Notes: generated from the letters alone by a model not told the origin. 64,000 nucleotides of DNA from Macrostomum lignano (GCA_002269645.1 NIVC01002601.1:1-64000); one strand, 5' to 3'; shown: positions 38,905-52,358, counted from the stretch's first letter. A program made the numbers and translations.

Positions 38905-39444
38905 CTGGTCTCGGAAGCCGAGCATGAGAGCTCGTTCGAGTAACTGCAGATCCAGCCCCATGGGCTGGAGAATACACTTCACCTCAGTCACCACTTGATC
39001 GTGGAAGAAGCGCCAAGCTGCCTCCATGGATTCGAGCAACTCCTCGGGATCCTGCGAGCTGCAATCGAGTCTTCTACAGATAATCTTGAAGCCCTTTTTC
39101 AGTAGACTCTTCTCAAGGTAGTCAAACACCAGGCCAGTGGAAACTGTCTTGCTGAGCAGGCGGACCAAGCGGGCTGTATGACCCAGGTTGGGGTTCGAAC
39201 GACCCTTAAACGCGTCAATCAGGGCCGTTTGAACCTCCATCCAGACGGGATTGCGTGCCGACAGGCCTTCGTGCGGCACGGAGCTGACCGCTTTCATCAG
39301 CGGCACCGGCACCTCCTCGGTGGTCGCCTGCAGGCGAGGATTCGGTGTTGAATACCGCTTCTGATAGGCTTGAAAGCCCGTCGGCACGGTCAGCGAGTGA
39401 CGCAGCGTTGTTTGCTGCTGCTGCGGTTTCAGCGTCTCTCCCAT
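38905..39444 (-). CDS. PRR5: PRR5/Protor-like, exon 1
   Basis: WMEVQTALIDAFKG, LLKKGFKII, AWRFFHDQV, LMLGFRDQ match the PRR5 HbrB region; ATG at 39444; phase-0 GTAAGC donor at 38904. Confidence 0.85.
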
Positions 39445-40362
39445 TGCGGGCACGGTATGCTTTGCTCAATTCTGAACCTGAGCCGTGACAGCTACCATGG
39501 TAGGATAGCGCACAGAAACACAGCTTAGAATGATCGCGGCTCAAGTGTGCTTCAGTATAAATTTTCTGCACAAGTCTTATCGGCAATGTGTATAGCGCCC
39601 GCATGAATGCTTCGAGCTAGTAGTACCTGTACAGTGCAGTATTATCTTGCAGATTAATTTGAAAGTGCACACGCGTGCCATTTTCATGCAAGATCGGCAG
39701 TGCCCCGGCCGCGAATGCACTTAATTTTATAATACTAGCTCGAAAGCTTGGCGGTGGCGTATAAAATCTTATCGATTGAGATTGAGTTGCTAATGCATGT
39801 TTCACACAAACAACCGAATCGAAAACGAATCGCACGACAGACTACAAAATAACTATACATGTACAATTAAAATCTGGACTCTGACACTGAAATTTTGCTT
39901 TGTTTCCCTTTAAGCTCAGCTTAGAAATGAACCTTGAACCTTAAAAAAAAGAACCTTGAATTTGGCACAATCGTAAAGACTACCTTTGCTTCTAACTTCT
40001 TACTTCAGAGTAACTTCAAATGTAGCCTTTTTTCGACTGTGACTGCAGTGGAAGGCCCCTAATGATCTAAAAAATAGACGTCTATGGTCTAAAGCACCCC
40101 AAATGCAAATCAAAAGTTAAAGCCAAGTCAAGAATAACTTTAATCAATTATAGGACGAGAGTCTCGCGGGAGTTTTTTATATTGACCTTGTTTTGTTCAT
40201 CTGTATTGTAATGCTTTAATATTATTTACGAAATCGCAACAAATTTAATGTATATACAGCTTCCAGTATGATATACACTATGGTATGCATTCGTACATAC
40301 TCTTTTCTATACTGTTGGTCAAGTTTCTGACATTGGCTTTGCTTGCTTAGTCTTTTTTACTA

Positions 40363-41117
40363 TAGATTTTAGCAGCCCATTTGGGTCTGCGCGCATTGAA
40401 TTTAATCCAAGATACGTTTGCCAATGTAACGGAGCTTTTGTCTATGGTAGCAAGCTAGCTGACACAGCGGCATTTAATTTGGTCCAACAAGCATCAATTT
40501 GGTCCATAGCTTCATCTGCAACTGCTGCGTAAAAGCAACATCAGCCCCAGAATAGTGGACCATATGCTAGGCTGTCGAACGAATGCCACTGGCTTGCGAT
40601 CTAAGCGCTCGACAGAGGTGAGCACACAAAGGACATTGCAAGGTTGCTGAATTTAAAAGGAAAGATGGTTTACAGCATCCATCAGCGCGTTGAAACTCTG
40701 CCGGCAGGGTAGCAATCGCCAAGGCAAGTTGCGAGAGCCTCAGGTCGAACTGCTACTCGATGCAGTTGAGACGAACCCTTTGTTGGCGTTTCAGAAAATG
40801 CAGCAGAAGCTGAATGAACAGTTCCAGTTGGTTATCAGATTTTGACTGTCAGCAGAGCTCTGGAAAAGCGACTGAAAATGGTTGGTAGACACGCTGTTGT
40901 TGATATTCCAGCGGTACGCAACAACCTGCAGACAGTTGCGAGAAGGCAGGAGTTTGTCCAGTGGCTCACGAGCGTTTGGACCAAATTGATGCTTGTTGGA
41001 CGAAATGAAATGCTGCTGTGCCAGCCTTGCTACCATAGACAAAAGCTCCGTTGCATTGGCAAACGTATCTTGGATTAAATTATATGCGCGTAAGCCCAAA
41101 TGGGCTGCAAAAAGCTA
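40363..41117 (+). mobile_element. Internally deleted IS630/Tc1-mariner-like element with ~140-bp TIRs
   Basis: 40363-40505 is an inverted repeat of ~40975-41117, flanked by TA; the interior encodes an HTH-like remnant (KLREPQVELLLDAVETNP...TVSRALEKR...RNNLQTVARRQEFVQWL). Confidence 0.6.
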
Positions 41118-41624
41118 TACAAAATCAAATGTAATTAAGAACTAAGAAGATTAGTGGGCTATATACAGTTGTTGCCTTGTTGGGTAGGGGATGTCACATG
41201 TGGGGGGCTCGCCGCCCTCCTCACCCCTGGCTTCCGTAAGGCTAGTGGGGGCTTGCCCATAGACCCATAGACTTTCAAAAAAGAAAATTTATAATAGAAG
41301 AAAAACTAGAGGCTACAATTGCAACTTTAAACCAAACCAACAAACAAAAAACCATGCTGAATTACAAAAGGCATCATTGAGCAAGAAATCAGTGGCCTGT
41401 CGACTGGTAAACTTAATTTTGTTTGTGACAACTCTGAGCACATGCGATTCAAAGAACAAGCTGTTTCACAATATACTGGATTACCAGTGCTCGACACAAA
41501 TATAATAGACTTTTCTGACTGAAGTCTGCAATTTTACCAGGTACTGTCCTGAAGTCCGCACACCTCTGCTTTAAGCGCTACCGACAGTAAGCCGCTGTCC
41601 TTTGCGGTTGAGTCCTCTGTGTGG

Positions 41625-41875
<251 letters not shown>

Positions 41876-42059
41876 CAGAACAGAACAAAGTTGTTGAACA
41901 ATCGTCAAAATCCCGCGCGGACTGCGGTACTGGCAATCCAAGAGAGATGTAGCACAATCTGAAAAAAGAACATTGACTAAATTTGTAAGTTTAACCGTTA
42001 AATGCTGATGTTTTATGCGAAATATACACTAATATTAAAAAATTAAGACATATAATAGT

Positions 42060-42862
42060 ACATTAATACCCATGCTTTAAGGGCGTTAATGGGAAAATCA
42101 GAGGGCGCCTAACGGCGGGCACATTATTGTATTATCATTGTGTCATGCTGTACGCTCATTATTCCACGCTTAGGAATCATTATTTTAGGCTTCTAAAAAT
42201 ACATTCATGAGACAATGTGTTTGTGTATATGGTTTTGTCATAGACAATGATAAATTTTAGTCACTCGTGGCTTCGCCACTCGTGAAAAATTTATCATTGT
42301 CTACCTCCAAAACCATATACACAATCTATCATTGTACCATGACCTTTGTGCCCGCTGGGCACTTATTCTTGCCTTTAATGCCATAAACTACATTTAAGCC
42401 CGCTTGCAGGAGTCACACTTACTCTAATGCAAATTAGCGGGCAGATAATATCATTAACTGCTCGCTAATTTTGTCCCACTTTGTCAAGGACACAAATGTC
42501 TATGGCACAATGATAGTAATACCCATGCTTTGCTTACTTTAATGCAAATTAGCGGCCAGTTAATAGTACATTAATACCCATGCTTTGCGGGCGTTAATGA
42601 GAAATCCTCGGGCGTCTAACGGCGCCCTCTGATTTTCCCATTAACGCCCTTAAAGCATGGGTATTAATGTACTATTAACTGGCCTAACGACGCCCTCTGA
42701 TTTTCCCATTAACGCCCTTAAAGCATGGGTATTAATGTACTATTAACTGGCCGCTAATTTGCATTAAAGTAAGTGTGACTCCTGCAAGTGGGCTTAAATG
42801 TAGTTTATGGCATTAAAAGGCAAGAATAAGTGCCCAGCGGGCACAAAGGTCATGGTACAATA
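42060..42862. mobile_element. Composite palindromic non-autonomous Crypton-A-related module
   Basis: 42330-42470 matches 35229-35430 and is inverted at ~42735-42862; 42470-42532 matches 37112-37175; nested palindromes at 42565-42745. Confidence 0.7.
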
Positions 42863-44979
42863 GAACAGCGGGCCGAAATGAAGTGATGTGGCCTGTTGTC
42901 TATTTACCACTGATAAGTATATAATCTCTCGGTCTTGTGGAAAAAAAGAACTATAGCTCAACAGTCTATGGTTCTGATCGAAACGGAACAGTCCCGAGTT
43001 TGATGCGATAGCGATAGTTTGATGCTGTTGTGTCAGCTGCTGTTTGATGCTGAGTGTCAGTGAAGAAGCAAATGAGCTGCAGTGCTCTGATCAGCCGCTC
43101 TGCTGTAGGTGCTGCAGATGCTTCGACCTTAAGGACTCCGACGGTTGCCACTGCTCGTGATGCTGGAGGCGCTCCGACAACTGGGACTACGACGGTTGCC
43201 ATTGTTCCTGATGCTGGAGGCGCTCCGACAACTGGGTCTACGACGGTTTCTACTGCTCCTGCGAAGAAAATGCGAATCGAAGTTTCTGGAAATGATAACA
43301 CCGTCGTGATCACTATGGAGTGGGAAAGACAAAAGTGCTTTACTGTCATTGACTATCAGTCTATTAGCGTTAGTGTTAACCATAGTTGCTTTTTGTGGCA
43401 TTTTTGTTGTTGTTGTCAGTTCCACATCAATCGTTTCTTCGGCCGGGACAAATAAATATTTCTTCGTCCCGGACAAATAAATGCTTCAACACTAGACCAT
43501 ACACTTATTTGACCGTGACAAGTGGGGGATAAAATGTCAGGCCAAATTATCATTTCGCGGCCCGCTACAGTGAGGGTGTGGGACGAAGCTCGCACTAACT
43601 TCCATAGACAAATCTCACTTAATATGATTTTTAACATGACAAAGTGTAGTAAAGTACGAGTAGAAAACTCAGAAGCTTTATTGTTCAAAATTCATTCGTT
43701 CAAAAATCAACATGATAAACTTGTCAAGAATTGCAGAAGGAGAAATTATCGGACTTGAACGGCAAGAAATGAATTTTTATCCCAACTTTCAATAAGTCCT
43801 GACACACCTAAAGTGATCAAGCTCTGGCTACTCGGCTATTTCGGCCAGCGATATGTACAAGCTCAGAATGTACAATGAGAAAAAATTCAGACCTTTCAGA
43901 CAAGGTTTTCTTTTTGGTGATGTACCATTTCCGCTTCCGTGGCAGACTCTATCAGATCTCTGAAAAAATCTGATCAAATTATTTCGTCGGAGAACGGCGT
44001 TAAATGTGCATGTTTATTTAATCAAGGATGCCGCCGAAAAAAAAACTATCACTGAACTAGGGAATGGAGTGACAGCAGGCAGATTCGCCTTTTTTACAAC
44101 CGGCGACGTCAAAGGTCCTGTTGTGGCTGTCGACGTCAAGATCAATTCAACGTCAACATGTATAGACATCATGTATAGACCTCCATCATCAGGCAACCGG
44201 AGTCATTCTGGAGAATAACGGAACCAGAGTTCAATTATTCGTGTAACAAATTATTGACTAAAAGTCATATTCGAAGCTTGCACAAGATGACTTTTAGTCA
44301 ACTTTTAGTCGAAAACTAGCAATCTAGTGCGGCCCCCCTTCGGGGCGCCCAATAAGAAAGGAGCAAAAATAGTTCATGGAAAACAATAAAAAAACACATT
44401 TTCTTAAACACTAATTCCTTCTTCACATTTTAAAAATCACCTTATTCGTGTAAAATTGTCACGGACTAAGATGTTGGCAAAATTAAAAAATCACTTTTTC
44501 TCTAAAATTAACAAACAGTCAACAAAATATCGTTTCCCTAAATAGAAAATATTCCCAAGACAGCAAGCAACCCCCTCCAAAAGTGAACAATCGCAGATAG
44601 CAAGCATCCTCTAATGCTCATAGCAAGAATCACCACAGATAGCAAGCACCCCCCAGATATTATAGAAGCATCCTGCAGATAGCAAGCACCCCCCAGATAT
44701 TATAGAAGCATCCACCCAGATAGCAAGCATCCTGCAGATAGCAAGAATCCCTAAATAGCAAGCATCCCTGGATAGAAAGAATCCCATGCATGTAGCCAGC
44801 ACCCCCTCTCCCAAATAGCAAGTATCCCCCCTCGAGAGCAAGCATCCACGAGACAGCAAGTAGCTAGTGCAAATGTTACTTCCGCTAATGCAATATTCGC
44901 TTTCTCAGGTTGTGCAACAATCCACGTCTCAGCGAGCGCAATAATCTCTTTTATAGACAGCGCAGTAATCAGCTTCTCA

Positions 44980-47900
44980 GCTAGTGCAATAATCCTTGGT
45001 TTATTAATAGCAATAATCCTTGATTAATCAAGTGCAATAATCCTTGGTTTATCAAGTGCAATAATCCTTGGTTTATCAAGTGCAATAATCCTTGGTTTAT
45101 CAAGTGCAGTAATCTTTGGCTTATAAAGTGCAATAATCCTTGGTTTATCAAGTGCAATAATCCTTTGTTTATCAAGTGCAATAATCCTTGGTTTATCAAG
45201 TGCAATAATCCTTTGTTTATCAAGTGCAATAATCCTTGGTTTATTAAGTGCAATAATCCTTGGTTTATCAAGTGCAATAATCCTTGGTTTATTAAGTGCA
45301 ATAATCCTTGGTTTATCAAGTGCAATAATCCTTGGTTTATCTAGCGCAGTAATCCTTGGCTTATCAAGTGCAATAATCCTTGGTTTATCAAGTGCAATAT
45401 TTGTTTATCAAGTGCAATAATCCTTGGTTTATCAAGTGAAATAGTCCTTGGTTTATCAAGTGCAATAATCCTTGGCTTATCAACTGCAATAATCCTTGGT
45501 TTATCAAGTGCAATAATCCTTGGTTTATCAAGCGCAGTAATCCTAGGCCTATCAAGTGCAATAATCCTTGGCTTATCGAGTGCAGTAATCCTTGGTTTGC
45601 CAAGAGCAATAATCCTTGGTTTATCATGTGCAGTAATCCTTAGTTTTCCAAGTGCAGTAATCCTTGGTTTATTAAGAGCAATAATCCTTGGTTTATCGAG
45701 TGCAGTAGTCCTTGGTTTATTAATAGCAATAATCCTTGAATAATCCAGTGCATTAATCCTTGGCTTATCAAGTGCAATAATCCATGGCTTATCAAGCGCT
45801 GTAATCCTTGGCTTATCAAGTGCAATAATCCTTGGTTTATCAAGTGCAATAATCCTTGGTTTATCAAGTGCAATAATCCTTGGTTTATCAAGTGCAATAA
45901 TCCTTGGTTTATCAAGTGCAATAATCCTTGGTTTATCAAGTGCAATAATCCTTGGTTTATCAAGTGCAATAATCCTTGGTTTATCAAGTGCAATAATCCT
46001 TTGTTTATCAAGTGCAATAATCCTTGGTTTATCAAGTGCAATATTCCTTGGTTTATCAAGTGCAATAATCCTTTGTTTATCAAGTGCAATAATCCTTGGT
46101 TTATCAAGTGCAGTAATCTTTGGCTTATAAAGTGCAATAATCCTTGGTTTATCAAGTGCAATAATCCTTTGTTTATCAAGTGCAATAATCCTTGGTTTAT
46201 CAAGTGCAATAATCCTTTGTTTATCAAGTGCAATAATCCTTGGTTTATTAAGTGCAATAATCCTTGGTTTATCAAGTGCAATAATCCTTGGTTTATTAAG
46301 TGCAATAATCCTTGGTTTATCAAGTGCAATAATCCTTGGTTTATCTAGCGCAGTAATCCTTGGCTTATCAAGTGCAATAATCCTTGGTTTATCAAGTGCA
46401 ATATTTGTTTATCAAGTGCAATAATCCTTGGTTTATCAAGTGAAATAGTCCTTGGTTTATCAAGTGCAATAATCCTTGGCTTATCAACTGCAATAATCCT
46501 TGGTTTATCAAGTGCAATAATCCTTGGTTTATCAAGCGCAGTAATCCTAGGCCTATCAAGTGCAATAATCCTTGGCTTATCGAGTGCAGTAATCCTTGGT
46601 TTGCCAAGAGCAATAATCCTTGGTTTATCATGTGCAGTAATCCTTAGTTTTCCAAGTGCAGTAATCCTTGGTTTATTAAGAGCAATAATCCTTGGTTTAT
46701 CGAGTGCAGTAGTCCTTGGTTTATTAATAGCAATAATCCTTGAATAATCCAGTGCATTAATCCTTGGCTTATCAAGTGCAATAATCCATGGCTTATCAAG
46801 CGCTGTAATCCTTGGCTTATCAAGTGCAATAATCCTTGGTTTATCAAGTGCAATAATCCTTGGTTTATTAAGTGCAATAATCCTTGGTTTATCAAGTGCA
46901 ATAATCCTTGGTTTATCTAGCGCAGTAATCCTTGGCTTATCAAGTGCAATAATCCTTGGTTTATCAAGTGCAATATTTGTTTATCAAGTGCAATAATCCT
47001 TGGTTTATCAAGTGAAATAGTCCTTGGTTTATCAAGTGCAATAATCCTTGGCTTATCAACTGCAATAATCCTTGGTTTATCAAGTGCAATAATCCTTGGT
47101 TTATCAAGCGCAGTAATCCTAGGCCTATCAAGTGCAATAATCCTTGGCTTATCGAGTGCAGTAATCCTTGGTTTGCCAAGAGCAATAATCCTTGGTTTAT
47201 CAAGTGCAATATTCCTTGGTTTATCAAGTGCAATAATCCTTGGCTTATCAAGTGCAATAATCCTTGGTTTATCAAGTGCAGTAATCCTTGGCCTATCAAG
47301 TGCAATAATCCTTGGTTTATCAAGTGCAAAAATCCTTGGTTTATTAAGTGGTGCAATAATCCTTGGTTTATCAAGTGCAATAATCCTTGGTTTATCAAGT
47401 GCAATATTCCTTGGTTTATCAAGTGCAATAATCCTTGGTTTATCAAGTGCAATAATCCTTGGTTTATCAAGTGCAATAATCCTTGGTTTATCAAGCGCAG
47501 TAATCCTTGGCTTATCAAGTGCAATAATCCTTGGTTTATCAAGTGCAATAATCCTTGGTTTATCAAGTGCAATATTTGTTTATCAAGTGCAATAATCCTT
47601 GGTTTATCAAGTGAAATAATCCTTGGTTTATCAAGTGCAATAATCCTTTGTTTATCAAGTGCAATAATCCTTGGTTTATCAAGCGCAGTAATCCTTGACT
47701 TATCAAGTGCAATAATCCTTGGTTTATCAAGTGCAATAATCCTTGGTTTATCAAGTGCAGTAATCCTTGGCCTATCAAGTGCAATAATCCTTGGTTTATC
47801 AAGTGCAATAGTCCTTGGTTTATCGAGTGCAGTAATCCTTGGTTTTCCAAGTGCAATAATCCTTGGCTTCTTGAGTGCAGTAATCCTTGGTTTGCCAAGA

Positions 47901-47980
47901 GCAATAGTCCTTGGTTTATCGAGTGCAGTAGTCCTTGGTTTATTAATAGCAGTAATCCTTGGCTTATCGAGTGCAGTAAT
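44980..47980. repeat. ~3-kb satellite with a 24-bp unit (CAAGTGCAATAATCCTTGGTTTAT) and higher-order duplication
   Basis: Directly visible; diagnostic deletion variant at 45397, 46401, 46973 and 47572. Confidence 0.97.
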
Positions 47981-48040
47981 CTAAGTGTTTTTATTTAGTC
48001 CTTTAATAAAACCTTTTAATAAAAAATTTTAAACTACTTA

Positions 48041-48632
48041 GATTCGAACCTAGGTCGCTGCATTAGCAGTCTGGTCTGTTCAGCTCTAGGCTAGCTCTCA
48101 TCGAAGTTATCAGTGATGTTGTACCACTTATATAATTCAACACTCACACCAAGTCAGGTAGAGTAAAAAGTCTCACGAAGCAGTTATGACATAATCAATT
48201 TCTTAGGCAAGTCAGTACCAGTGTCTATGAAAGTTTACAATATGGTTACGTAATATAAATTCAGTACTGCGCTATGCTTTCACACTCAAAGCTGTGACGC
48301 AATTCAATTGAGTGTCAAATTCAGCCAGTACACAGACGATAAATAAAGTGTATTGTGATGCAATCTATTTTAGAATCAGAATTCAACCAGTCAGTTTTTC
48401 TGCTAGCATTCTTACAATGCATTTCGATGCTTGACCTTTGCAAAAAAGCATGTTTTTCGAATATTTAATCCCTTTAGCATCGAGCAATTTCTTAGCCAAG
48501 ATGCATGTACCGTCACGGGCAAATTTCTGATCGAACAGTGCAAGTTTGAAGAAAATCGGTCCAGCCACTCAGGAGAAAATCGATTTCGTACAAGCAAGCA
48601 AGCAAGATTTTCATTTTTAGTATATGGACTAG
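48041..48632 (-). mobile_element. tRNA-derived SINE head (48041-48103) plus HINE-like body; homologous to 50386-50945
   Basis: On the minus strand, A-box-like TAGCCTAGAG and B-box GGTTCGAATC; shared downstream blocks (GCAGTTATGACATAATCAATTTC; GCTTGACCTTTGCAAAAAAGCATG). Confidence 0.55.
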
Positions 48633-48850
48633 CAATCTACGCCCCCCGTTGGGGAGCCAAAGAAATGCTATACACATTTTTTTAATAAGCTACATGTATC
48701 CTTGAAATCTTAAAAAATCTCCTGTCAAACCTTGTAAGCCTTGACATGTCAGTAATTCCCCCCCCCAGCTTTAACATATCAACTTCCCCCCTTGACATCT
48801 CAGCAATGCCCCCAATAAGCCTTGGAAATCTAAAAATATCTGTCAACCTT

Positions 48851-48895
48851 CTAACCCTAACCCTAACCCTAACCCTAACCCTAACCTAACCCTAA
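48851..48895. repeat. Short interstitial telomeric tract (CCCTAA) x ~7
   Basis: Directly visible; equals canonical metazoan TTAGGG. Confidence 0.9.
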
Positions 48896-49794
48896 AGCAT
48901 TGAAATTTCAGTAATTCTCTCTAAGAGTCATTATAGCACTACTACAGCATTCGTAGCGATAAGCTTCTTTTATTTTTTACATAACGCTTTTTTTATCAGC
49001 GATCCCTCGCCTGAGGAGGCATCAAATAATGTAATAAAAAGTTTTCAATAAACTACATGTAGCTTCTGACTTTAGCCTTGAAATCTCATTTATACCCCCG
49101 TGAGCCTTGACATCTCAGCTATTCCCCCCGTCCGTAAGCCTTGACATGTCAGCGATGGCCCCCATAAACCTTGAAATCTAAAAAATCCACTGTTAACCTT
49201 GAAACCCGATAAAATATAACCCTCAACCCACACCTGACCTAAACCTAACTTTAACCCAACCTAAAGCCTTGAAATCTCAGCAATTCTTCTCCCCTAAGCC
49301 TTGACATTTTAGTGATTCCTTCTTTAAGAATCACAGCACTATAACGATTTCCACCAAGCTTTGACATCGTAGCAATTCCCAAATGAATCTTTTAACTTCG
49401 ACATGACTTGTCTTTTATGTATACATAGTGCTACTTTTATTTTTTACATGACTCTTCTTCTATCAGCACCCCCCATGGCGAGCCAACAAAGAATGCAATA
49501 AAAAATTGAGTAAAGTACATGAACTTTGAAGTAGCTTCTGACTTTTGCTTTGAGATCCCAGAAACAACCCCTCCCCTCGTAATCTCAGTTATTCTCTGAG
49601 AGCCTTTACGTCTCAGTTTTTCTTCCCAGCACAGCATTATAGCTGCATTTCATTTTTACATGACATCCTTCATGTCTGACATGACGCTTCTTTTGATTTT
49701 TACATTACACTTCTTTTATTCTTCCATGATGCTTCTTAATTTTTTAAATGATGCTTTCATTAGTTTTTAAATGAGGCTTCTATGATTTTTTCAT

Positions 49795-50330
49795 GACGCT
49801 TCTATGATTGTTTACATGACGCTTCTATGCTTTTTACATGACGCTTCTATGCTTTTTACATGACGCTTCTATGATTATTTCATGACGCTTCGGTGATTGT
49901 TTACATGACGCTTCTATGATTGTTTACATGACGCTTCTATGATTTTTTACATGACGCTTCTATGATTGTTTACATGACACTTCTATGATTTTTTACATGA
50001 CGCTTCTATGATTGTTTACATGACGCTTCTATGATTTTTTACATGACGCTTCTATGATATTTTCATGACGCTTCTATGATTTTTTACATGACGCTTCTAT
50101 GATATTTTCATGACGCTTCCACAATTTTTTACATGACGCTTCTATGATTTTTACATGATGCTTCTACGATTTCTGCAGGACGCTTCTATGATTTTTACAT
50201 GATGCTTCTATGATTTTTTCATGACGCTCCTATGATTTTTTCATGACGCTTCCATGATTTTTTACATGACGCTTCTATGATTTTTTACATGACGCTTCTA
50301 TGATTTTTTACATGACGCTTCTATAATTTT
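49795..50330. repeat. ~22-bp minisatellite (CATGACGCTTCTATGATTTTTA-like)
   Basis: Directly visible. Confidence 0.9.
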
Positions 50331-50385
50331 TTAGTTTTCTTTTTGGTGTTAAAAAGCTTTAATTAAAAAAATTCCACTCTCTAAA

Positions 50386-50945
50386 AATTCGAACCATCGT
50401 CCCTGCATTTAGCAGTCAGTCTGTTTACCTCTAGGCTAGCTCTCATCGTTTTGATAATATGAATTTTAGCACTTATAATTATAAGTTTCAAAACTCCAAG
50501 CATGGAGTAAATCACACGAGGCAGTTATGACATAATCAATTTCTCAGTCAGTCAGTATCAGTTAACAATATGGTTACGCAATCTAAATCACGTCTGGTGT
50601 TTCGCTTCAACACTGCATTTTCAATACTGTGACGCAATTCAAGTCGGAGTTACAATTCAGTTATGATGCAATCTATTTCAGAATCAGAATTCAACCAGTC
50701 AGTTTTTTCTCTAGCATTCTTACAATGCATTTCAAGTCGAAAGAGCTGCTTGACCTTTGCAAAAAAGCATGTTTTTCGAATATTTAATGCCTTTAGCATC
50801 GAGCAATTTCTTAGCCACGATGCATGTACAGTCACGGGAAAATTTCTGATCGAACAGTGCAAGTTCGAACAAAATCGGTCCAGCCATTTTTTCTCTAATC
50901 GATTGCGTACAAACAAGCAACTCATTTTTAGTATATAGGACTAGC
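50386..50945 (-). mobile_element. Second tRNA-head plus HINE-like block
   Basis: Homologous to 48041-48632. Confidence 0.55.
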
Positions 50946-52358
50946 TAATTAGAGCTGGCTGCCAGCAGCCAGAATAATTTTTATTGCCCCCCTTTAAGTG
51001 GGGTCCAGTGAGTTTTCTTATCAGTTGGCTCTGGCGCAATCAATTAAAATTGACTGTGAAGTTTCTCGCTGATAAAATTTGCATTGAAAAAGCCCATTTA
51101 AAACAGTTTTTCGAATATTTAATCCCTTTAGCATTGAAGCAGATACAAGAAATTTTAACCGTCTTCTTTCCAGACAATTTTGAATCTTTTGGCGAAAACG
51201 CGATGAAAATCGGTAAAGAATTGCTCGCTCTAGAGCGTTATGGACATTCAAGCAAGCAAGCATACAAACCTTAGAGATTTAGTATATTTAGATTTAGACT
51301 AGCTAATTAGAGCTGGCTGCCAGCAGCCAGAATAATTTTTTTATTGCCCCCCTTTAAGTGGAGCGGAGTGAGTTTTCTTATCAGTTGGCTCTGGCGCAAT
51401 CAATTAAAATTGGCAGTGAAGTTTCTGGCTGATAAAATTTGCATTGAAAAAGGCCATTTAAAACAGTTTTTCGAATATTTAATCCCTTTAGCATTGAAGC
51501 AGATTAAAGAAATTTTAACCGTCTTCTTTCCAGACAATTTTGAATCTTTTGGCGAAAACGCGATCAAAATCGGTGAAGAATTGCAGTCTCTAGAGCGTTA
51601 TGGACATTCATTCATTCAAGCATACAAACCTTAGAGATTTAGTATATTTAGACTAGCTAATTAGAGCTGGCTGCCAGCATCCAGAATAATTTTTATTGCC
51701 CCCACCCTTTAAGTGGGTCCAGTGAGTTTTCTTATCAGTTGGCTCTGGCGCAATCAATTAAGATTGACTGTGAAGTTTCTCGCTGATAAAATTTGCATTG
51801 AATTCGCCCATTTAAAACTGTTTTTCGAATATTTAATCCCTTTAGCATTGAAGCAGATACAAGAAATTTTAACCATACAATCCCAGGCTGATTACGAATC
51901 TTTTGGCGAAAACGCGATCAAAATCGGTGAAGAATTGCAGTCTCTAGAGCGTTATGGACAAACATACAAACAAACCTTAGAGATTTAGTATATTTAGATT
52001 AGAAGACTAGCTAATTAGAGCTGGCTGCCAGCAGCCAGAATAATTTTTATTGCCCCCCTTTAAGTGGGGTCCAGTGAGTTTTCTTATCAGTTGGCTCTGG
52101 CGCAATCAATTAAAATTGGCAGTGAAGTTTCTGGCTGATAAAATTTGCATTGAAAAAGGCCATTTAAAACAGTTTTTCGAATATTTAATCCCTTTAGCAT
52201 TGAAGCAGATACAAGAAATTTTAACCATACAATCCCAGGCTGATTACGAATCTTTTGGCGAAAACGCGATCAAAATCGGTGAAGAATTGTAATCTCTAGA
52301 GCGTTATGGACAAGCAAGCATTCAAACATACAAACCTTAGAGATTTAGTATATTTAGA
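50939..52358. repeat. Four tandem ~355-bp units, Helentron/HINE-like
   Basis: Units start GACTAGCTAATTAGAGCTGGCTGCCAGC at 50939, 51297, 51651 and 52005; they contain AAAATCGGT and CAAG/CAAA microsatellite ends. Confidence 0.75.

Noticed and set aside
44981-47904. LHLINQGL-repeat ORFs resembling LRR or pentapeptide proteins
   Set aside because: They derive from a 24-bp satellite that is open in several frames and on both strands, with no start or splice context
50650-52292. Repeated ~90-aa ORFs (MPPFKWG...) as a gene family
   Set aside because: They arise from the 355-bp tandem unit, with non-ATG starts, variable stops and no domain signal
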